64,000 bases of DNA from an uncultured Anaerolineales bacterium (GTDB lineage Bacteria > Chloroflexota > Anaerolineae > B4-G1 > SLSP01), in NCBI GenBank assembly GCA_964504195.1, contig CAZDDI010000005.1, positions 1,175 through 65,174 on the forward strand. Reading direction: 5' to 3'. The notes beneath the pieces are model-generated. The model had not been told where the DNA came from and made no database searches. It was given only the letters and a program-made list of their open reading frames with translations. The position numbers and the translations under genes were made by a program. Shown one piece after another: positions 1 through 8,913 of this stretch. How positions within the stretch are numbered: position 1 is the first letter of the stretch; each line of letters opens with the position of its first letter.

Positions 1-422
1 CGTCCGGAATTACCTTTTCTCAGCAGCGGCCAATCTCCGGCCATGACCAGGGTAGGCATTAACAGCACCAGTAATAAGACGGAAAACACGATTCTTACAC
101 GGCGAGCTGATTTGGTAAACATACGGGACTCCTTTCATAACTTAGAATTTGGTTGAGCAGATACAGCTGGAACACCAGCTTATTTTACCACATAATGCGC
201 AATATATCTGGCAACTTTCGCTTATAACCTTAGGCTACAACTGGCAATTGATGATTAGGTGATAAACTACAGTTTGGCTAAGCATCCAACACCTGCTCGG
301 AGCTGCTGATGATGAAGTTGGTGCGCAGATTGCGTTTGGCGATAGGACACCGCGGATCGGGGCGCGGCCCATCGCCGGTACACGAAAAGGCGCATCACAG
401 CCATCGGCGGCTGTGATGCGCC

Positions 423-1607
423 TTACTTATCCGCTAGCCTTACCGTGAATACGCGCCCATCGGAGATGAGCTCGATACATCCATGCTGATCGGTGCGGTA
501 GACGGGCGTAGTGCCCAAGCGCGCCAGCACGTCGGGCGCGGGGTCGCCATAGCGGTTCTCTGCCTCCACGCTGATAATAACGGTTTCCGGCGCGACAGCC
601 GCAAGGAAGTCTGGCGTACAGCAAGTTGCCGCGCCTTGACGCGGCAATAGCAGCGCGGTGCTGCGTAGCGCGTCGCCGTAACGTGCCACCAGTTCGCCTT
701 CTACCACCGTTGTGGCCGCGCCAGGGAGCAGCACACTCGTCTCGCCGTAGACCAGGCGCAGCACCAGTGGCCCAGCGACGCCCTCCGGCGGCCAGAGCAC
801 TTCAAGCGTCACGTCTTCATCCAGCTCCCAGCGGCCCCCAGCGAACAGCGTACCGGTGGTGTGCACCGGACGCGCGTCCAGCAGCTCGGCCCAGCGGGTG
901 GGCAAAGCGCCTTCGCGCTGCTCCCAAACCCCCGTGAGGACATAATCCACCCGGTAGCGCTCCAGCATAGGTACCAGCCCGGCCAAGCGCGCATTGCCAG
1001 GGCCGGTAAGCGCCACCAGTTCCACCCGGCGATCCCAGAACGGCAGCCGTCGCCCCACCCGACTGAGCAGGCGCGTAGGTTCAAGGCCGCCATCAATGAG
1101 CGCGTGTGCGCCGCGCGGTGTTTGCACGAGAATGGCATCGCCCTGGCCCACATCGAGGAAGTGGACATGCAGGCGGCCATCGGGCAGTTTGAGCGCGGTC
1201 GCGCCGAGCAAGATGAGCGCGGCGGCCCCGGCCATCCAGTACCGGCGCGCGCCCAGCAGGAACGCGCCGCGCCATGCCAGGCGTTGCGCGGACGAGGCGG
1301 TGAGCCACAGCGTCGCGCCACCCAGCAGCGCGTAATAGCTCCACACCAGTGGCAGGGTCATAAACTCCAGCGGCGCGGAGGCCCAGGGGACTTGGGCAGT
1401 GAGATAGACCATCTCGATAGTGTAGGTGAGAAATACCCAGGCCGACCACGCCACCAATTGCCCCAGGGCGGGCCAGACCAATGCCACTAACAACGCCACG
1501 CCCCCACAGATCATCACCGCTGGCTGAACAGAAGTTAGATTGTGAGAACAGTCGGATTCCTCCGATAGTTTTCGATACCTTGATTGAAGCATCCATGATA
1601 ATAACAT
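423..1607 (-). CDS. ComEC/Rec2-family membrane protein, short form carrying the metallo-beta-lactamase-like domain
   Basis: 394-aa ORF. Hydrophobic N-terminal segments are followed by HFLDVGQGDAILVQTPRGAHALIDGG, the hallmark motif of the ComEC/Rec2 MBL domain. GC-rich like the host genome. Confidence 0.6.
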   Translation of the reverse strand: MLLSWMLQSRYRKLSEESDCSHNLTSVQPAVMICGGVALLVALVWPALGQLVAWSAWVFLTYTIEMVYLTAQVPWASAPLEFMTLPLVWSYYALLGGATLWLTASSAQRLAWRGAFLLGARRYWMAGAAALILLGATALKLPDGRLHVHFLDVGQGDAILVQTPRGAHALIDGGLEPTRLLSRVGRRLPFWDRRVELVALTGPGNARLAGLVPMLERYRVDYVLTGVWEQREGALPTRWAELLDARPVHTTGTLFAGGRWELDEDVTLEVLWPPEGVAGPLVLRLVYGETSVLLPGAATTVVEGELVARYGDALRSTALLLPRQGAATCCTPDFLAAVAPETVIISVEAENRYGDPAPDVLARLGTTPVYRTDQHGCIELISDGRVFTVRLADK

Positions 1608-2069
1608 TGCAAAATAACAGCTAACCCAAGTTGCTACTTATTCGCTAGAATCTTTATAGGACATGGATTCTACGGATAAGAACAAAAAAATCCGCCTAGT
1701 CCGCAGAATCCGTGTCCTGAACCCTGAATCAACCGTGGCAACTTGGATTACATGTGGGATGCACAGAAATTCATTCATAGGTATTGCCACTAAATCCGCT
1801 AAACCTAAAGAGGCGTAAATTGCAGTAAATGTTATTCTCGATTTGCATCGACGACATCCTATGTGATACAATGATTTTAGAATAGTGAATATTCTCCGCT
1901 AATGCTTTGTCAAGCGTAATTTGAGAGGTAATACTGATTATTTTACGGCTAAATTAAAATTTTGCAGTTTCTTGTTTTGCACTTGACAGAACACTTAGAG
2001 ACAAAAGTAACCTTCTAATTCAGTAGGAAACCTTCAAGCCTACAACACTCCAAATAGAACTGGGGAAAA

Positions 2070-2115
2070 GGGGAGGATTTAGAACGCTGTGGCGTTCTAA
2101 ATCCTCCCCTTTTTT
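2070..2115 (+). terminator. Rho-independent terminator (18-bp perfect stem, TGTG loop, T6)
   Basis: GGGGAGGATTTAGAACGC-tgtg-GCGTTCTAAATCCTCCCC followed by TTTTTT. A TTGACA hexamer at 1983-1988 upstream could drive a short transcript ending here. Confidence 0.6.
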
Positions 2116-2128
2116 GTTAGCTGTTTTT

Positions 2129-2352
2129 AATAACAGTAGTTACGCGGTCGAAGCAGGTGGGGCGCACTTTTGACACTAAAACAGCATATTTGCTGCATCA
2201 ATAACGCAATTTGGGTTGGTTTTAAGTGCGGCCCACCTAAGGAATGGGTACGAAATAACTTATCCATTTGAACTCCAAATTGCGCCTGAAACGTCCAGAA
2301 AGCGGGACACTTATTTCGTACTCATTCCTAAACCGCGCAACTACTGTAATAA
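2129..2352. repeat. Nested-palindrome structured element (MITE-like or structured-RNA-like), ~225 bp
   Basis: Outer inverted repeat ACAGTAGTTACGCGGT (2133-2148) / ACCGCGCAACTACTGT (2332-2347). Inner hairpins AGGTGGGGCGCAC (2153-2167) / GTGCGGCCCACCT (2227-2239) and GGAATGGGTACGAAATAA (2241-2258) / TTATTTCGTACTCATTCC (2311-2328). Confidence 0.45.
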
Positions 2353-2552
2353 CTGAAACCAAAGTTTCCCTTTTGAGGTTTTTTCTGACTTTCTGAGAAC
2401 AATTGAAGGAGGTTAGTTAGTTATTTTTCAATGTATCACTTTATTGGATTTGACACAAGTATAACAAAAAAAATCAAAACACTCGATATTTCCCAACCAA
2501 AGACACAACATTTGACATAGAAACCTTAACTACAAATAGAAGAGGAGCGATA

Positions 2553-2759
2553 ATGCAAAACAGTGACTCGTCTTTACAAGATGCTTTATTTCACAATTCA
2601 CTTGTAGAAGTGTTGACTGAAATGGCTAAAAATTACATGCAACAATTAAGATTAGCCAGGAAAGGAAACAGTGTAATTAATAACGACGAAATGACAGGAG
2701 TTAAGGAAAGCAAAGGAATATTTATAACCCAGGTCGAAAACAACGCTGTAAGCTGCTAG
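2553..2759 (+). CDS. Small hypothetical protein (68 aa) in the AT-rich island
   Basis: ORF with a GAGGAG Shine-Dalgarno 6 nt upstream and a TTGACA at 2513-2518. A palindrome CGGGGATC-tagc-GATCCCCG at 2815-2838 lies downstream. No recognisable domain. Confidence 0.3.
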   Translation: MQNSDSSLQDALFHNSLVEVLTEMAKNYMQQLRLARKGNSVINNDEMTGVKESKGIFITQVENNAVSC

Positions 2760-3090
2760 AGGTAAACTCAGTAGATTACAGTTTGCTCGAATTGGATTGC
2801 AATATCCAGCCCAGAACGGGGATCTAGCGATCCCCGTTGAATATTTCGTGATCCACTGAAACTGGCTTGTGCCATAAAATCTTCATCAATTTTACTCACA
2901 CTGGTATCAATGCCTGTGCTACAAGGCTACGCCGGGCAAATCCGGCTTTACAACCGCGTAGACGAAGTGTTGTACTGTAGTCTCGTGATCGCTCACTAGG
3001 CGGGGTATTCATGTCGAATACTTTATGACAATAACCAAGTTTTCAGACAGGGAAGAAGTTTGTCTCAAAATTTCAAAGCATATATAGCAA

Positions 3091-3122
3091 GCACAATGTT
3101 GTTGATAACATTGTGCTTTTTT
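3091..3122 (+). terminator. Rho-independent terminator
   Basis: GCACAATGTT-gttgat-AACATTGTGC followed by TTTTTT, in AT-rich intergenic DNA. Confidence 0.5.
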
Positions 3123-3606
3123 ATAGTTACCCTCTTGTTATCAAAACAAATACATCTGCAATATACTCGAAAATTGAAATAAGAATTAATCATTGATAAC
3201 ATACAGTTGTTTTGTGTAAACAATCATACTAAAACCTCGCAGATTTTAATGTGAAATTGATACGTTACCTTGTCGTTTTGTAACAACAATTTCATCCTCA
3301 AGACTTCCACAGAACTTAGTAGAAATTTCTAGGCTTTCTGGAATTCGTATCAAGCTAACAGACTTAAGATAGAGAGAATTCACTCAAATCGAACAGTGTG
3401 AATAACTCTATTACCAGGAGATGATTTAATGGGAAATGTCTGGGGGTGGCTAAGAGCATCTAGCGTTTTTACGCAGCGTTGCTTTGTGTTGTTGCAAAAA
3501 ACCGTTTTTGGGGCACCCACTATCATTATAGCTGGTGACTTACTAAAATCCTCTATCTGTTCAATCACTGTTAAAAATCAGCATTTGGATGATAAGGCGG
3601 ATTACC

Positions 3607-4221
3607 ATGCAAACCCTGCGTAACACCTTCTCCGAACTCCTGGCCTGGGTGATAGCCGGCCTGCTCGTGGCTTGTATTGTGTGTTGCGTTATTCCTTATC
3701 TCGATACGACCATCCAGGACGCGCACTTGTGGTTTGCTACACCCCGGCCCACGCCGATAGCTGTGGTGCTGGATTTTGCGCCCGAAGACGAAGTGGGCGC
3801 ACGGGAAACGGTATATGCCTGGCTGCAAGCCCAGCAGGACTTAACGGCTCTTCCTACGCTTGATTTGGAAACCCGCGCCTATTACCTCGCTGGCGAAGCC
3901 CCCCGCTTGCGCCAGGGCGACTGGCCGATGTGGTATGGCCTGCGGTATGCCGTCGGCCCCGCTTCAGGCGCCTGGTTGTATTACTGGCCGGGCTGCCCGC
4001 CGTGCCCCGCGGGGTCTGCCTGTATAGCTTTGCCCAACAGCCCCCGCCCGAGCCTAGCCACCTTTGCCTACCCTGGTTTGTCCACCGCGCCCGAGGTGGG
4101 CGCGGCGCTGGCCTGGCGCGAGGAGCAAGCCTATATCGCGGTAATCTGGCCCGGCGTGTGTCCGCCGCCCGCGCCGGAACCCACCCGGCCTTACGTCGGC
4201 CCGACCGGGCCGGGCCAGTGA
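3607..4221 (+). CDS. Hypothetical membrane-anchored Pro/Cys-rich protein
   Basis: ORF 3589..4221. The ATG at 3607 has an AAGGCGG Shine-Dalgarno 6 nt upstream. N-terminal hydrophobic helix. The high-GC region begins here. Confidence 0.5.
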   Translation: MQTLRNTFSELLAWVIAGLLVACIVCCVIPYLDTTIQDAHLWFATPRPTPIAVVLDFAPEDEVGARETVYAWLQAQQDLTALPTLDLETRAYYLAGEAPRLRQGDWPMWYGLRYAVGPASGAWLYYWPGCPPCPAGSACIALPNSPRPSLATFAYPGLSTAPEVGAALAWREEQAYIAVIWPGVCPPPAPEPTRPYVGPTGPGQ

Positions 4222-4233
4222 GCGGAGCCTGCC

Positions 4234-4809
4234 ATGCCCTTACCAGTTACTTCTCCTAGTCCCCTGGTGCGCGCTGCTTGGTCGCCGGATGTCGGCTATT
4301 GGCAACTGGCGCAGAGTAGTGTGCTCCCGGCGTTCAAGCGCCTGGCGGCGGGGAAGCGGGATGCCGACGCACTCCTGTGCGCCGCCTTTAGTCCCCTGGT
4401 ACATTTGGTGTTGGAATTGGCGCTGGAACGGGGCATGGCCGGGTTGCCTAGTTTTTTGCGCGGCTTGACCCGCCCGCCCCGCCCGGAGAGCGCGACCCAC
4501 TGGGTGACGCCCGGCGCGGCCTGGAAATGGTTGCAAACATTACCGGCGGGCGAGGTCGCCGCGGTGTTTGACCTGCGCCCCGGCGGCGGGCCGGAATTGG
4601 ATACCTGGCCCTACGCGCCGCTCCTGGATCAGCAGGGGCGTATCCCGGAATTTCACCAGGAATTGTTACCGCTGGTGTTAAGCGTGTTGCAGGGCTGGGG
4701 CGCGAGTGTATTACTGATACCGCCGGCGCATACCCCGTTGCCCGTAGCACAGGCGCAGTGGGCAGCGTTATGTCAGGCGGCATCACCAGCCGGGAAGCGG
4801 GCCGGGTGA
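4234..4809 (+). CDS. Hypothetical protein
   Basis: 191-aa ORF with a GGAG Shine-Dalgarno, immediately downstream of the previous gene. No recognisable motif. Confidence 0.45.
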   Translation: MPLPVTSPSPLVRAAWSPDVGYWQLAQSSVLPAFKRLAAGKRDADALLCAAFSPLVHLVLELALERGMAGLPSFLRGLTRPPRPESATHWVTPGAAWKWLQTLPAGEVAAVFDLRPGGGPELDTWPYAPLLDQQGRIPEFHQELLPLVLSVLQGWGASVLLIPPAHTPLPVAQAQWAALCQAASPAGKRAG

Positions 4810-5159
4810 TACGCATTGCCCGCAAGCCGGGGTATGCGGCACGCGCTGCGGGTTTTCGTAACGGGCTATTTCGTGCCGCATACCCCCGCAATGCAGCGGT
4901 GGGGCTAAGCAGCGGAATATCAATCATTTTTACCCGTTTATTCGCGGTTTTTACGCCCATAACCGGCTTGTGGGCCACCTTGAGGAAGCGGAGCGTGACC
5001 CGTCTCGTGGGGGAGTGGCGGCTGGGTGGGGGGAATGCGGCACAAGGACAAGTTAGCCGTAATTGCCTGGTTTGTGCCGCATACGACCCCGGTTATTACC
5101 CGGGTTGACCCCGGTTGTACGGCGGCTCAGACACCGGGTTTCGACCAATGGCGACCCGC

Positions 5160-6010
5160 GCAAGCACGTCGGGGGTGACGCTAATAGGCAATGGTTATGC
5201 CCGGTTGCTACCCAGATAGCCCGCGCCAACGTCTAGGGTTACGCTGATGGGCTGCGGCTATTCGCGGTTGCCACCGGCGGCTCATGATAGTGCCTGGCGT
5301 CACACGGGCCAAGTCAACCCTGGTTTCCAGTGGCATCCCATGTAAACACGCCGGGGGATAGCGCTGATAGGCAATGGTTATGCCCGGTTGCCACCCGGAC
5401 AGCCTGCGATAACGCCCAGGTGGCTTTGATAGGCAACGGTTTTTCACCGGCGCCCCATGTAAGCACGCGGGGGATGGCGCTGATGGGCCGCGATTATTCG
5501 CCGTTGCTACCCGGATAGCCCGCGCTAATGCCGGGGGTGGCTTTGATAGGCAATAGTTTTTCACTGGCGGGCCGCGCGCGCGTTCTGGGTTACGCTGATG
5601 CGCCACGGCTATTCGCGGTTGCCACCGGCGGCGCATGATACTGCCTGGCGTCACACGGGCCAAGTCAACCCTGGTTTCCAGTGGCATCCCATGTAAACAC
5701 GCCGGGGGATAGCGCTGATAGGCAATGGTTATGCCCGGTTGCCACCCGGACAGCCTGCGATAACGCCCAGGTGGCTTTGATAGGCAACGGTTTTTCACCG
5801 GTGCCCCATGTAAGCACGCGGGGGATGGCGCTAACGCCGGGGGATGCGCTGATGCACGGTGGTTATTCGCGGTTACCACCAGCGGCCCGCGCGCGCGTCC
5901 AGCGTAACGCTGATGCGCCGCCGCTATTCGCGGTTGCCACCCGGATAGCCTGCGCTAACGCCCAGGTGACGCTGATAGACAACGGTTTCTCATGGGCGGC
6001 CCGCGCGAGC
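5160..6010. repeat. Complex tandem repeat array: ~13 degenerate 50-65-bp units organised into a ~351-bp higher-order repeat (about 1.7 copies, ~5233-5830)
   Basis: Recurrent unit GGGG[AT]T[AG]GCGCTGAT[AG]GGCAA[CT]GGTT.T.CCCGGTTGCCACCCGGA[CT]AGCC.GCG.TAACG. The identical spurious ORFs starting at 5330 and 5681 show the 351-bp period. No unique spacers, so it is not CRISPR-like. Confidence 0.7.
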
Positions 6011-6053
6011 GCCGGGGCCGTCCGGCTCAGTACCCTGTACAGGAGGTGCAAAG

Positions 6054-6488
6054 ATGCACCATGATGCCCCGCAGTTCATTCGGTATCTCGTCGCCCTCAC
6101 CGGGGGCGATCCGTGCCTGACCCAGATTCCGCGCGGGAAACATCCCCTGCGCATCCACACCCAGCGCGTGGGCGCTGTCCGGCTGGTCACCGTCGCGCCG
6201 GGTAGCGACCCCTTGCCCGAGGTGGATGAAACCGCGCTCAGCCCGCTGGTGGCCGCGCCCGGCACGGTGCTCTTGCGGGGGATCATCGCGGGGGTGCGCG
6301 ATACAGCCGCGGCGGACCGCGCGCTGTGGCTGACGCTGCCCGGCGCGGGGGCCGTGCCGCTGGTGGCAGCGGATGCGGACATTGCCGTGACCCTGCGCGG
6401 TTTGCTCCGCCGGCCCGTGATTGTGCGCGGCGTGTGCGCGGCACAGGGGATTGTTGTTCACATGGTGCAGGCGGAGGTCGCGCCGTGA
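6054..6488 (+). CDS. Hypothetical protein (144 aa)
   Basis: Strong AGGAGGT Shine-Dalgarno 7 nt upstream of the ATG, immediately after the repeat array. GC-rich codon usage. Confidence 0.55.
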   Translation: MHHDAPQFIRYLVALTGGDPCLTQIPRGKHPLRIHTQRVGAVRLVTVAPGSDPLPEVDETALSPLVAAPGTVLLRGIIAGVRDTAAADRALWLTLPGAGAVPLVAADADIAVTLRGLLRRPVIVRGVCAAQGIVVHMVQAEVAP

Positions 6489-6659
6489 GCAAGGCCAAGG
6501 GGCAACGAAAAAGCGCCGAAAGGTTCGGCGCTTTCAGAAGGTCCGTGCGTGGCTATCCGCACGCCAGGGTCAAGCTGACCCGCCTGGGCCCCCCCAGGCT
6601 TGGGCGGCTTTGAGACAGACTAACAGTTTTAGTATACCAGACTCAAGGAGGTACATGCA

Positions 6660-7184
6660 ATGCGAACTAAGATCGGCAGCGGGCTATTCCTGGCCCTCGT
6701 GGTGTTACCCCTGCTCATCGGCTATGTGACTGCGCCGTGTGATGCCTGGGGGGTGCCCGTAGTGTTGTCCCCGTACCGGCTGCGGCAGGCGCGCTATCTT
6801 GCCCAGGTTACGCGCTGGACGGACGCGGTGGCCGAAGTCGGCGCGACGCTAGACACCCTGGCCGCCGCGCCCGCGCCGCAGTCCACCAGCGCCGCGTTCC
6901 GCCTGGCGGAACAGGTTGGGCAAGCCGCTCAGCAGTTGGCGACCCTCGCGCCACCCCCCGCGCCGGCGGAGTATAGCCTGCTGGCGCTCCTGCTGGAACA
7001 AACGCGGGACACCTATGCGTATGCAGCGGAGCAATTGCTGGTCTTCTATGGCACCCAAGACCCGCAAGCGCTGGCCGCGGCGCACGTCTCGCTGGATTTA
7101 GCCGCGGCGGCCCTGGCGGAGGCGCGGGCCGGCAGTGCCGGGCTGACCTATCCGCTGTGCCGCGAGGTGTGGCATGAGCGGTGA
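6660..7184 (+). CDS. Hypothetical secreted protein (N-terminal signal-like hydrophobic segment)
   Basis: AAGGAGGT Shine-Dalgarno. MRTKIGSGLFLALVVLPLLIGYVTA signal-like N-terminus. Ala-rich. Confidence 0.55.
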   Translation: MRTKIGSGLFLALVVLPLLIGYVTAPCDAWGVPVVLSPYRLRQARYLAQVTRWTDAVAEVGATLDTLAAAPAPQSTSAAFRLAEQVGQAAQQLATLAPPPAPAEYSLLALLLEQTRDTYAYAAEQLLVFYGTQDPQALAAAHVSLDLAAAALAEARAGSAGLTYPLCREVWHER

Positions 7185-8418
7185 GCCGCCTGCCGCCGCG
7201 GCGGAAGCGCCGGCCATTGAACTAGAACTGCTCCGCGCACAACTGCGCAGTTGCCAAATGCGGCTGACCGGGCAGACCCGCGCCTATCAGCAGGCGGTGG
7301 CGGCGCTGCAGCCCTATCTGGAAACGCTGTTCCCCCAGGTATTCCCGCAGGCGTTGGCTCAGGGCTTGTCGGTGGTCACGGCGGGCGAGTATTGTTACCA
7401 GTACCACCTGCACGGCACTGATCCGCGGGAGCTCTTTGCCGGCGCGGAGGCGTCCCCGGCGGCGGCCCCCACAGCGGCGGCGGGGGCAGACGCGGGCGTG
7501 CCCCTGTCCGGCGACGCGGTGAAGTTCTTGTTCGCCGCGGGGCAGCAGGTGGTGTCCACCGCGATCAAAGCGCAGTGGGCGCAGCTCGCGGGCAAAGCGG
7601 TCAGCACGGCGAAGAACACGGTGCTGCCGGAACTGCTGGATAAAGGCTTACTGCGCGTGGAGCACATCCCGGCCCCCCGGTATCTCACCGGCTACGCCAG
7701 CGATGTCTGTTATGTGTTGACCGCAGCCGGGCGCGCGGAGCATCAGCGGCGGTTCAGTTGCGAGGCTGTGGACTACGCGGCCGCGTATGCCCCGCACAAA
7801 TCACCGGAAGCCTGGTGGCAGGTGCGCGCAGTCCAGGCGTTGGTGTTAGCGGGCAATACGCTGCCCGGCAACCAGCGCTGCACCTACGCGGTTTACGACC
7901 CCACCGGCGAGCCGGAAACAGCGGCGGAGGCCGGCTTTCAGCGGCGCTATGGGCAGAGCGAACCGGATGTCATTGTGGTCGTCACTTCGCTGTCACAGGG
8001 ACAGCCGAGCCGTATCGCGGTGGAGTCCGAGCGCGGCACTTACAACCCCACGCGCCTCAAGGCCAAGTTGCTCAAGAACTTGCAAGACTACGGCGCGGCA
8101 GGCTTCAGCGGCTGCTACTACATCGCCAACAACGGCGATACCGCTAGCAGCATCGCCGGGGCGCTCACCAAACTGCGCGCCGACCTCAAAGCGCACCCGG
8201 AAGCCGTGAGTACGCGCGGGTTTCTGGCCCTGTTCACCCTGGATGCGCTCAAAGACGCCTGGCTGCCTACGCCGCACTTCATTGACGCCGAGTTCTTCGA
8301 CCGGCAGACGCGGCGCGTGAGCGACCGCTGGCCGGCAGACGCGGCCAAGCCGGAGCGCTACTTCCGCTTTGCGCCCAAGGGCCAGGATGAAGGTGGCGGG
8401 GAGCGGGGGATGGGGTGA
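7174..8418 (+). CDS. Hypothetical protein, possibly a replication-relaxation / PD-(D/E)xK-like nuclease-fold protein (tentative)
   Basis: 414-aa ORF that overlaps the upstream gene by 11 nt (translational coupling). Segment EPDVIVVVTS...RIAVESERGTY resembles a PD-(D/E)xK core. Sits in a module with replication genes. Confidence 0.45.
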   Translation: MSGEPPAAAAEAPAIELELLRAQLRSCQMRLTGQTRAYQQAVAALQPYLETLFPQVFPQALAQGLSVVTAGEYCYQYHLHGTDPRELFAGAEASPAAAPTAAAGADAGVPLSGDAVKFLFAAGQQVVSTAIKAQWAQLAGKAVSTAKNTVLPELLDKGLLRVEHIPAPRYLTGYASDVCYVLTAAGRAEHQRRFSCEAVDYAAAYAPHKSPEAWWQVRAVQALVLAGNTLPGNQRCTYAVYDPTGEPETAAEAGFQRRYGQSEPDVIVVVTSLSQGQPSRIAVESERGTYNPTRLKAKLLKNLQDYGAAGFSGCYYIANNGDTASSIAGALTKLRADLKAHPEAVSTRGFLALFTLDALKDAWLPTPHFIDAEFFDRQTRRVSDRWPADAAKPERYFRFAPKGQDEGGGERGMG

Positions 8419-8489
8419 GGGGGAGGCAAGCCGCTGAGCCGCCTTTTCGCCTTCTCGCTGATTCACATTTTCGACAAGGAGAGTATCCC

Positions 8490-8696
8490 ATGAATGTAGA
8501 AACACTCTTGCTGTACGGTTTACGGCTGTGGCTGGCCGGGGGCATGCACCTCGGACAATTTTTGCTCCAGGTGGGGCCGTTCGTCCTGGCCGGAGCGGGG
8601 TTTGCGGGCTGGTGGCTCACCCAACGGCCCGCGCCCCGTGCCCCGCGTCGCTGGGAAGAGGTCGCCACCGACGGCCCGGCGTTCATCTTGCGGTAA
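8490..8696 (+). CDS. Small membrane protein (68 aa)
   Basis: Internal ATG of ORF 8415..8696 with a CAAGGAGAG Shine-Dalgarno. Two hydrophobic helices. Confidence 0.4.
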   Translation: MNVETLLLYGLRLWLAGGMHLGQFLLQVGPFVLAGAGFAGWWLTQRPAPRAPRRWEEVATDGPAFILR

Positions 8697-8724
8697 CCCC
8701 GCAGTTTAAGGAAAGGAGCGGCTC

Positions 8725-8913
8725 ATGTGCGTACCGAAGTTTTCGTGGGGCCGGCGCTGGGCCGGCCGCCTGTGGCGCGGCGGCGGACGCCTGCTGATGC
8801 GACTGGCGTTGGGGTGTATCACGTTGGGCGAGGCGCTGGCCGATTGGGGCTTGCGCTGCGCCATTTGGGGGAGCGGGGATGATCAACAGCAGCCGGGAGG
8901 CCCGGCATGTTGA
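8725..8913 (+). CDS. Small Arg/Trp-rich hypothetical protein (62 aa)
   Basis: AAGGAAAGGAG Shine-Dalgarno upstream. Overlaps the start of the next gene. Confidence 0.3.
   Translation: MCVPKFSWGRRWAGRLWRGGGRLLMRLALGCITLGEALADWGLRCAIWGSGDDQQQPGGPAC

Noticed and set aside
1620-3590. tRNA, tmRNA or attachment site in the AT-rich islands (also 38540-39500)
   Set aside because: No cloverleaf-compatible GTTCGAATC-type T-arm or acceptor pairing was found by eye. This cannot be excluded without tRNAscan or Aragorn.
5160-6010. Possible CRISPR array
   Set aside because: Units are 50-65 bp, degenerate and contiguous with no unique spacers. Periodicity is irregular within a 351-bp higher-order repeat. 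No cas genes are nearby.
5208-6064. ORFs 5208..5879(-), 5330..5518(+) and 5681..6064(+)
   Set aside because: Their amino-acid sequences are internally repetitive copies of each other, generated by the tandem DNA repeat. There are no Shine-Dalgarno sequences, so they are artefacts of repeat DNA.
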